From contig JBHGNT010000013.1 of NCBI GenBank assembly GCA_043228905.1, forward strand, positions 12,152,001-12,216,000: a stretch of 64,000 bases of DNA, given 5' to 3'. The translations under genes and the position numbers were made by a program. Below are positions 49,967 to 60,312 of this stretch, one piece after another. The notes under the pieces were generated by a model. That model ran no database searches. It was not told the DNA's origin and worked only from the letters and a program-made list of their open reading frames with translations. The DNA is from Azolla caroliniana (lineage: Eukaryota > Plantae > Polypodiophyta). Each line of letters begins with the position of its first letter. Position 1 is the stretch's first letter.

Positions 49967-50175
49967 TGTGGAAATTGATGTGAAATTGTATTTGCTTGCA
50001 AGAGCTGATATGATAGTATGAGTGTAACCAAGCTAGTATTTGTGGAAATTTATGTGATATTGTATTTGCTTGCAAGAGATGATATGATAGTATGACTGTA
50101 ATTTTTAACCAAGCTAGTATTTGTGGAAATTGATGTTGAATTGTATGATGATAGTATGACTGTAACCAAGCTAGT
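49967..50175. repeat. Diverged ~74-bp tandem repeat, ~3 copies
   Basis: TGTGGAAATT(G/T)ATGTG...ATGATAGTATGA(G/C)TGTAACCAAGCTAGT units start at 49967, 50041 and 50122. Confidence 0.8.
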
Positions 50176-53100
50176 GGAGTTGATACCAAGCAGTTGTAAC
50201 ATACTGTCTTCATTTGTCACTTACTAAGCTATGTAAATATTGTTCCATTTGAAAGCTTGAAACTTATCAAAATAACATTGAAAAGTTGAATTTGAATTTG
50301 GCTACCTTGTTTAGTCTAATGCTGTAGAACACAAAGGATGATTTTGTGAATTAAAGCAGTTTCAGATAGGACATCACAAGACTAATGTAGTCATTTTCTT
50401 ATTGGAGAGTAGTAGCACATTTAGTTCATGAAATCTTATTATTTGGAAATCTCCTTTGGTAGTAGCTATTGTAAGACTTAATCTTTCATTATTGTCATAT
50501 CAATGTTTGGAAATTGGATGTATACCTATGGATTTCCTCTTAAGTTTCTAGTGATTACTTGTCTAACCATGTGTACCATTTCTTATGCATACAAATATGC
50601 TACAGTAAATTTTCGTAAACTTTATTCCAAGGACATGTAATTGTGTAATGTACCAAAAGCAAGTACAAATAATCTAACCAAGGGTAGTTGCACACACAAT
50701 CTCTTGAACAATGACCATTGCATTGTTCTTTTTTAATTTCATCTTGGGGTTAGACTTTTGTTTTCGATCATCATCTCTTCGATTTCGAACCAGCCTTTAT
50801 AAAACCACTTTATGATGACATTACAATATAACATATATAACATCTACACTCATGTTTCTGCTTGTCCACACTTTGGATGTGATGCAATCAAACCTAATGA
50901 ATGATTGGAATTGAATAATGTTAATTGCTAAATTTTCCGTACTTGTAATCTCTATTTTTTCAAGAAAGTTAATTATGGTAACGAATGCTATGTGGAAAAT
51001 AGTTCATCGATATATGATAATGACTGTTGCCTATGTATGTATGAGCTTTGATGGTTGAGGTACTAGGATGTAAAATGTACGGCGAACTCTCTACTAGTCT
51101 TGATGTTGGAACACACATTTTTTCTGTTTCATTGTTCGTTTTATGTAGATTAACTAGGATAATGTTGAAAACATCTCAAAATCCGTAAGGGTCGTTGTTG
51201 TATGTGATTATTGTGCAAAGCTCCCATTCCCTCACTTATAAGTTGAAATGCCTCACCTTTTGGTTATGGTGAGGATTGTTTGATAAGAATAGTTGTTTTA
51301 GATGCTTCATGAATCCTTACTATAGATATCCTTCGATGTACACATTGTTATTTCATGATACCCTTCCCCTATCCATGAAATACAATTCAAGAGTTGTCAA
51401 TTAAATGTAGAGAGAATAACAAGTCTAATCAGTATCGAAAATTGAAGCCTTCAACGATCCTCCACATTGTCCCTTCATGTTGAAAATGTCTGAGCCATTG
51501 AGAACAAACTTCAAACTTCGAATAGCCATCTATAAAATAGTCTTGTAAATCAGCCACAATCACAAATTTTCAAAGTAAACATTTCATATTTTATGCGGAT
51601 TAAGTTATGAGGTCCCAAGACATACAAAAAGGTTAACCTTCAAAAATGAAAACTAAGATGTCTTTCAAATTTCAAGACCAACCATGGGTGCTCATTGTTT
51701 AACAGTTGTGTCGTACCACATGAGTTGCAACATCTATATTTATTCATCCCGTTTAATTAATTCGGAAATATCTCAAATTGCAAATAAAATCAGGAACAAG
51801 GACTTGAGATTCCCTTCAAGGGAATCCCTTTTTATATTCCGCTAGGCAACGACCGCCAACTTTCAAATTGTGATGTAGCTATAAAAAGATGCTAGTCTGG
51901 TCCCTTGAACATGCATATTCACGTACACACTCATAACTTAGTTCCATTGCCCCACATTATCCAAGGGTAATTTGTAGTTTTAGGACAATGTGAAATCTAA
52001 ACTGTCTTACTGTTTGCATCTAGTTAAACATTTTTTACTACTTGAAAAAAAATAAAATTTTGATGGCATTTTTGAAATGTTACATTATTTGAATCTTCCT
52101 ATTTTTCATATTATTGTCTCATGTGTAATTTCATACTTCTTGGAAGGTAAAAGAATCGTGTTACTTTGATTGCAGATGTTGACCCTAGAACCATGGGATG
52201 AAGGTGACTGATTGACCACGTGTTACTTTGTTTTAGTCTAATGCTGAGCATAAATTTGAGAATCGGCGCCAAGTTTGGAAAAGAATGAGGGTTAGAGTTG
52301 TTATGCACAAGAATTATGGTCTTTTTATCACAAAAGTGATTAATTAAACAAATAATTGTCATTATTCTACAAACGAAGAATTTGGATTGTCATTTTATAG
52401 TTTAGCAAGGTGGTTGCATTTGGTCTTGTTTCCACAACATGTCTTCCTTGTATATAGGAATCGAGTTATAGGAATGCAAATAAAACAAAAAAGGAAAATT
52501 ACCTAAGTGCACATACATATATGTATTGGAAATTCAAAAACGCAAGTTGGGTTGTTTTCAAAATTGCACACATACACATACACATGATTCAAGGTTAGGT
52601 TCCTAATCACATGAAACTGGAGACTAGGCACAATACACTTCATGTAGCATAACATAATACAAAATCCTTCTTGGAGGAAAACATGTACTAGGGTTTAATA
52701 TTCATGTAATTTGAAAGGTTACGACACTCATAATGATAGAAATCAATTCAAATGTTGTATGTTACACTCTAGGGGGAAACACACAAGTCAAACAACAACT
52801 AGAGATTCTCACTTTAAAAGGACGTAGGTCTAATGCACACTATTTCATGACCAAAAGAAAGTTGACTCGAAGATGCATTGGACATAAAGAAATGTTTAAA
52901 AGCTCCACTTTGCATCTAGTTACTTACGTGATGTTCTTTTCATATAGTGGAACACCAACTTCTAACCAATGTTTTGTAGAAAATTACAAAAATTCCTAGA
53001 AAAACCCCATCCTTTACACCAACTTTAATATAGTAAAAACTTGTGTTGGTTTAATTTTCGTAAAAAGACAAAAACATGTGTTTTAAAGTTCTTGGCATAT

Positions 53101-55549
53101 GATATGAGAGTAGTCAACCATGATCTTTTGATACCAAGATAATTCTTTGGATTGTGCAACAAGGAGATATTATTTGGCACACGCTTGCAAAAGGGGATAA
53201 GAGCTAAGAGCACACAGACCAAATTTTAGGTTTATTTTGAAGGCCAAGTTAAAACCAATCTCGAGAAGCATGTTTTCCACAACATTTATCAAACTTTTAG
53301 CACGCATTTGCATACATTATAGATGAAGTGCCACGACATGTTTGTCTCTTGTAAATTATATAAAACAAGTAGTTTGATAAAGGTATATCATGGTTTGACA
53401 TTTGATTTGTGTTGGAACAACTCCCTATGGAAATTAATGTGACAATAAATTTTTTAACATGCTACGTTGTTGATAAAAATGATAATTCTAACTTCTTACC
53501 ATTATCTTGGTTTTCTGAAAAACACAATAGGATACAACTACTCTAGGCATCCTACATTGTATATTATATAAAATCGTAGATGCTACAAGGAATGCCCACT
53601 AAGGAATGTATGGAAATGTCATTGAAGATCGTGGTAAATGTTGGCAAAACATAAAGAAGGATTATTAGACATTTGAACAATCAAATGTATAGCACATGTT
53701 CTTAGAGATTGCAAAGATCTCACTAAGCAATTAAACTAATTGGGCTTTACCTATGAAAAGGTAGAATTACATATATTCAACGTCCCCAACCAATAAATGG
53801 CTAAGATTGTACTAGAATCTCATGAGAATGCTATAATATGGTAAACCTGTGAATCTCATGTACTTTGTTGCAAAGACGCTTCAGTCTTTGAGTACTCTCA
53901 CTATGTTGCTTGGTTGTTACCCTCATTGAGGTGTTCTTTCTCTAAATATTATACCATGAACGACCAAATCTTGTTACAATTAATTGCTTGGATTGAATAA
54001 TTTCTATTTGGTTTGTAATTTCTCCCAACATGAACATGTCATCCCATGTGAGCTATCTTCAAAAGAGGTACATTAGGCATCTTGTGTGAACTCTCTCAAA
54101 ATATGATTTGTTGTGGTGACTCGTGAGAAAGAAAGAAAGATATATTAACGTCTTCTAAGGCCAAAATTGGCCCATGAGACAATTGGTTTACAACAAAATG
54201 AATATTTATCCAGTCATCATAACTAAAATAAAATAAAGTAAACATAGAACTTAAGCTAAAAGAGTTCTAGTAGTGTACAATACGTGGTATACTCGATAAA
54301 GGAAGTGACTTTACACTAATCCTAATTTTATTTCTACCCAAGCCTCTCGAAAAGAAGTGGGGGGGTCAAAGGGTTTTGATGTGGGTGTGACCTGTGGTTC
54401 TAATGTAGAGAGTGCCCTAGCCATGGCTTCTAGGCGGTGTATCTCATGTTCCCTTATTTTCATTATTGCTTCCACACCACGTCGAGTTTCTTTGAAACCC
54501 GACACCTGAGGACGTCTGGTTCTTCTTTGGTTTTCTGCCTCATCAAGGGAAAGGCCGAGTGGTGCAAGTGTGTTGACATTCATTGTCTCCCCCTGTTCCT
54601 GAAAAACTTCATTTGTTACATGTTGGTAAACATTAGCAATATTATTGTCAACATTTTGTAACTTATTCTCTCTGTGTTGTTTTAGCTCTACAATGTATTT
54701 GCCTTATTTCTTTATATCTAGAGTATCTAATAGTTTGGGGAGGGTGGGAGAGGAAGCAAGTATGTCTTGGTATTTTGCCCTTATCTCGGCGTAGGTTGGG
54801 CACTTGCACGTAAAGTGATACTCATCCTCTATCTCTATGTGACATAACCTACATATCCTTTCCTCCCTAGGGACTCCATTAGTACGGCCATTCTCAATCT
54901 CAAGTTGGTGAGATGATATTCTAAGTTGTCCAATGGCAACCCTTAGTGCATGTGGTAAGAATACATCTAGATATTTTGGCCGCTTGATAAAACCTAACTC
55001 AGAGAAGTGCATGAAGTGTTCCTTATAGTACAACATTTTAGATGGGAGTGGCTCTCATGGGGCGATCCATTTATACCGAGTGTAAATTTACCATATGTCT
55101 TGGCATATTACTTTATTACGGTCCTCATGAGAGATTAAAGTGTTATCAATCGTGTGGTTGTACCTAAGGGGAGGTAGATTATTAATGTCTAGACCATTCG
55201 CAAGAAGCCAACTTACCATCATGCCATACCATGAGCTAGTATGGCCAGACTCATACAATGATCGAGAGGCCTTAAAGGCTTGATGAGATATTCTATCATG
55301 TGGTTGACTATGTATCCTATGAATAAAGACTACAAGTTGGAAAAGTGTTGAGTCTACTAACATTGGGCGTAACATGAACTCTGTCATGAATACAAAAGCA
55401 ACTCTGTCATGAATACAAAAGCATCATGGCTTCACTTGGGCTTGAACCCAAGACCTTGCAATACATAATCAAGAATCTAACCATTAAGATAGCATATGAT
55501 CATATAAAATAATAAAAGCTACTTCTTGTAATAGATTGACTATTGTAAA

Positions 55550-55682
55550 TGTTCTGGAACATTCTAGAACATTCTAGAATATCCTAGAACATCTTAGAAT
55601 ATTCTAGGTCTAGAACATTCTAGAATATCCTAGAACTTCTTAGAATATTCTAGGTCTAGAACATTCTAGAACATTATAGAAA
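55550..55682. promoter_or_regulatory. Heat-shock-element array in G U3 (left arm)
   Basis: TTCtgGAAcaTTCtaGAAcaTTCtaGAA...: alternating nGAAn/nTTCn pentamers in 46-bp units, just upstream of TATAAATA. Confidence 0.7.
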
Positions 55683-55725
55683 TCACTAGGCTATAGGAAC
55701 CTATAAATATAGACATATAATTCTT

Positions 55726-56630
55726 TTGACAATGGTCCTCGACGTTGGGTCATATCGATCTCCATGGGCGTCGGCCTATCCATTGGGGCTGGGCTACGTG
55801 TTTGCTTGGGGTTTGAACTGGGCTATACGTTTGCCTTGGAGACGATTGTGCCGTTACTGATGCATAAGTTGGTGTGTTGTCACTCACATCAACGCTCAAA
55901 AAGACGATTATCTGCACCGTATTACTCGACTAATAGCTTCTGTAAGTGATTTTGGATCCTCGGGGAAGGTAAGACGTAAGTCCTTCACATCACTATGAAG
56001 ACCGGAATGAAATTGCTCCATTAGGGCTTGTTCATCCCAAGGAATATCACTTGCGATGAGACGAAAATTAGCTACATATGTTGAGGCTGGTTGATCACCT
56101 TGACGTAGTGTATGAATCTTGTTGATTGCCGTTCTTGCCCCATCTATATCTCTGAAGCAAGCCTTAAATTCTTTGACAAACTCCTCGAAATTATGTAGTA
56201 GAGGAGAATTTGTCTCTAGTAATGGAGCAAACCATGACAATGCTATGCCACTCAATAAGCTGCCCACTAACCCTACTCGTGATGCATCTGTCGGATAACG
56301 CGTGGGATGCATTTGGATTAACAACCGCACTTGATTCAAGAAGCCTCGGAAATGCGCCCTCGAACCATCAAATTTAGCCGGGAGACTAATTTTGGGCTCC
56401 TTAATACTTCCTTGATCTTCGACCCTTTGTTGTTGTAAAATTACAATTGTCGATTCTAATTGTTGCACATGTTGCGTAAACTCTTCTTCTTCTTGTTGCT
56501 TCTCCACAGTAACCTTTTGTAGATCCCCAAGAAGACGTTGATTCTCTAATTCGAGAGATGCGAACTTGGATTTAAGATTCTCCATTTCTGCCACAAGGGT
56601 GAGATATTCTTCTGAGTTCATGATATCCAT
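55726..56630 (-). pseudogene. G gag (PEG10/sushi-like capsid), truncated before the zinc knuckle
   Basis: ORF 55908..56630 PKISLPAKFDGSRAHFRGFLNQ...LRQG. Continues after a frameshift to PTPMEID..RRGPLS, where it meets the inverted LTR arm. Confidence 0.85.
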
Positions 56631-56935
56631 GGTTTCGTGATGTTTATAGAGGAGGACAAGGGGGGGGGGGGGGGGGGGGGGAGAGAGAGAGAGAGAGAGA
56701 GAGAGCTTGAATTCGAATCAAACTGTCAGAACCAAGAGAAAAGATAGAGTATAAAGAGATCACAACAAGAGAAGAATGAAGTGATAAGAGAAGAATGAAT
56801 GTATTAATAAGATAGAATGAAGATGGATACAAGATAGGCGACGAAAGCTTAAGACTAGTGTTGATTCGAATTGGTTTGAGAAGAATTATATGTCTATATT
56901 TGTAGGTTCCTATAGCCTAGTGATTTCTATATTTA

Positions 56936-57104
56936 TGTTCTAGAATGTTCTAGACGTAGAATATTCTAAGAAGTTCTAGGATATTCTAGAATGTTCTAGA
57001 CGTAGAATATTCTAAGAAGTTCTAGGATATTCTAGAATGTTCTAGACCTAGAATATTCTAAGATGTTCTAGGATATTCTAGAATGTTCTAGAATGTTCTA
57101 GAAC
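56936..57104. promoter_or_regulatory. Heat-shock-element array in G U3 (right arm, one extra 46-bp unit)
   Basis: Same alternating GAA/TTC pentamer array in reverse orientation. Confidence 0.7.
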
Positions 57105-57159
57105 ATTTACAATAGACAGTCTATTCCAAGAAGTAGCTTTTATTATTTCATATGATCAT

Positions 57160-57228
57160 ATGCTATCTTAATGGTTAGATTCTTGATTATGTATTACAAG
57201 GTCTTGGGTTTAAGCCCAAGTGAAGCCA
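57160..57228 (+). promoter_or_regulatory. tRNA-like A-box/B-box module in G U3 (inverted copy at ~55427-55495)
   Basis: TATCTTAATGG at 57164-57174 and GGTT(T/C)AAGCCC at 57207-57217, with stem CTTGGG/CCCAAG and tRNA-like spacing. Confidence 0.6.
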
Positions 57229-60200
57229 TGATGCTTGTATATTCATGATGCTTATGTATTCATGACAAACTCAACCCTAATAATGTCATGTGGTATTGTC
57301 GATTTGCTTCTGAGTTGGCGTGATAACATCATCACCAATGGTCGCTCTAATTGCGTCCACATGAAAGATGGTTATCCTGGAGCCCAAACCGCTGATGCAT
57401 ACATGAGGGAGGGGGTCACCAATGAGTCAAAGAGCCACCCTTTAGTCTGTGGCTCTTGAAAGTATGCTTGGTGGCATTGTCTCTCTAGGAGTGAGAGGGA
57501 TGCATGTCCTCTCGTAAGTCTATCCTTCGCTGCTCGTGTCATCGAAAATTTACCTGAGCGAGCACTAAAAGTGACTCTGAGATAGATGTATGATCCAAAC
57601 ACCTCAACTGGGCTATGGGAGATAGTTAGGTGACACTTAGCTCTAACTTGGGCCGATGTGTCGAAGATAAGGACTTTAGTTTTCCCTAGATTCACTACCA
57701 ATCCTCATTGTGCACAAAAGTCATCTAAGGCATTAAGGTGCCTTTGTAGGTCGTGTTCGGATTCAGAGAGCAAAACTATGTCTTTCGCATAGAGCAAGAT
57801 ACGAACCTACGTATCCCCAAGGACTACTCCGTTGCCTCCCTTACGAGCAATAAAATCTATGATCTCATCAATATAGATCCCAAAAAGTGTCGGTGATATG
57901 GGGCAACCTTGTTTTACACCAATAGTGCTAGTGAAACAATTGGATAGGCCACTTGGGCATCGGACACACGCGGACACTTGTTCATATAGTGCGTAGATGG
58001 CCCAGACCATGTCATCTAGTATCCTCAAGCTTTTAAGCCTATCAAACAACGGCTCTCTAGGATATGTGTCAAAGGCCTTGCGGAAGTCCACAAAACAACA
58101 ATATAATTTCTTCTTGTGAGCCTTAGTTTGGTCAATTAAGCATGTAAGTGTGAAGATATGATCAATGGTGGAGAAGGCTCGTCTAAAGCCAGCTTGTTCA
58201 GGTGCACGAAGATTTAAGGTCTCCATATAATCACTAAGCTCTGCTTCCATTACTGCACCATATAATTTAGCAAGGGTATGACCTATCATAATGGTCTTAT
58301 ATGTATTTGGGTCCATGGGGTCCCCCCCTTTATGTATGGGGGTCACTGTGTTCATAGTCCACTGTGGTGGAAAACCCTCCGCAAGGGCACGATGGAAGAT
58401 TAGAGTTAGGAAGGGAGCTAGGCACTCTCTCGCATATATAATGTGTTCTGCTTGCAATCCTGTCTGGTCCATGGACTTCCTATGTTGTAATTTCTTTATG
58501 ACCTTCGTGACCCTAGAGGTCGTGAAAAGTGTCCCCGTGGTAGGTCAGGGTGTGGAAGGCATTGGAATGGGTGGTTGGTTTGGGATTTAGTAAAGTCTCT
58601 CTGTATATGTGTGCCAGGTTTCAAGATCTTCAATGGGTGTTTGTGGTCTTGGCTCTCGTAGTCTCTTCCATGCCGTGGCGCAATTGCTACTCATGAGCAT
58701 ATGGTAGAGTTCCCAATATTGGGATGCCTCCCACGCCCGTCTCTTACGACGTGTCATCTTGCGCATTTCTTTGCGAGCTTATATTGAGGTAATACTAGAC
58801 ACTGTAAGTTGTCTATGTAAGTCCCTACAATCCTCATCATACCATTTATTTTGTGGCATAGATCCTGATCTACCTTGATTTGAGTGTTTTGTATATGGGA
58901 AACTACTAGTTGCTGCGGAGTGAAGGATGTGTGTGAGTTTCGCACTAAGGCTTTCTAAAGGTAGGGAGGGATCAAGGGAAGAGATATGGGCATGAACATG
59001 TTGAGAGTATATGTGGTGTGATGACGTGGTTGACTAGAGTTGGTGACCTTAGAAGGAGTTAATCATGTGGGTAGCTTCAGGGCATCCTATTAGATAATCA
59101 ACTGTGCTTTCCCCTCCTCCATGTGGGAAATATGTGAGCTCTTCCGAGCTCGACCACTTGGCTAAACCATTATATATGACCATCTGATGTCGACTGCCAA
59201 GTTCGAGCAGATGATGGCCAAAGCTCGTGGCGTATGCACCTTGATCCTTTGATCTACGTGTGGTGCCTATGTCTAAAGGATCGACATTTACCATTTCTAG
59301 GTTTCTATTCATCTGAAATATTGTGCATTGTCGAGATTGGGTTCTTGCATTGAAGTCTCCTACAAGGAATACTTTTCCTTGGGAAGAATACCAGATTATG
59401 TCATCCGATAGAGGTTCGTATGGGGAAGGCCCATGTGGCATTCCTTCATCGACTAATCTCGCCAAGCCAACAAAATATTATAATGGGATCCTTTTGGGGG
59501 AAAGTAACAAATGGCGAAAAATATTGCCTGGTCCTTGCTTGTGGAGACTTTCACCCACATAAAACGAGCTTCTGGGTCTGTCCTCAATATTTCTATCCTA
59601 TTATGTAGCTCTCTACGAAACAATATTGTGACACCTCCAGATCCCCTGGTAGTGTGTTGACGTGAGGTTTGTCTAAAAGCGGACTCCCAACAGAATCCTT
59701 CGACCTATGGGAGTCCTCTATTTGGGCTTTGGTGTGTTTCTACCAAGAAAAGTATATCTGATACCTTTAATATCTCCTCTAGGTGGCCAGGGTGTGTCCA
59801 AAGTGCGCCGTTACAATTCCATAAGGTCATCCTAAGTGCATTTTCTGTCACATGGGCCACACGCCGTCAATTAGTAGTGCAATCATTTATGATCATTCAC
59901 CCGTCTCGGTAAAAGGCACGATGCCCTTCTTTACGAGCTTGCATAACTCGTGGCATACAACTCTTGCAATGCTCAATTTGCATCTTAGTGAGGTCTTCAT
60001 CGAGATCGAATTGATCTCTTCTTAAAGAAAGTGATTCTAGAGTCTAAGTCTTTAAATTGAAGAACTAAGGCTCTCTTCCTAGTTGTGTCACATCCGACCC
60101 TCCATGCTTTGGTGCTAGGTAGGGCCTCTGTGTACCCTAACATTTTCCCAAGTGTTTGTGCATCCTCATCTGGGGATGCACCTTCCTTGAGCCCAGTGAC

Positions 60201-60312
60201 ACGTACATTTAAGCGTCGGGCTTGACGCATTTTCTCTTCTTCAAGGGTGGTATTAACAATATTTTCATCTTTTATTTCTTTTTTAATGTTTCTTTTAACC
60301 ACGTCTACCCAA

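Larger units (their letters stand above)
55382..57267 (-). mobile_element. Chromovirus (Tcn1/Tf1-sushi-like) derivative G with inverted U3 ends
   Basis: 5' LTR 56724-57267 (minus), gag, then an inverted U3 copy at 55405-55725. TSD AACTC on both sides; LINE frame RVE/EFML is restored on removal. Confidence 0.88.
54126..60312 (-). mobile_element. Non-LTR retrotransposon (LINE, RTE-X-like), degenerate, interrupted by G and H
   Basis: ORF1 remnant (RRLNVRVTGLKE; 59997-60302), AP endonuclease (LVGDFNART, STVDY), RT (EQAGFR, FVDFRKAFD, GVKQGCPISPTLF), C-terminal LRISSHQLEIENGR...RICRLC..EDEYHF..C, and a (CTTT)n tail at ~54126-54140. Confidence 0.85.

Noticed and set aside
50220-54120. Short ORFs in AT-rich intergenic DNA
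   Set aside because: Under 90 aa, no recognisable motif or splice-consistent gene model.
55382-57267. DNA transposon/MITE or DIRS element (long inverted termini)
   Set aside because: No transposase or tyrosine recombinase. The arms are U3 of a Gypsy LTR and the interior is gag.
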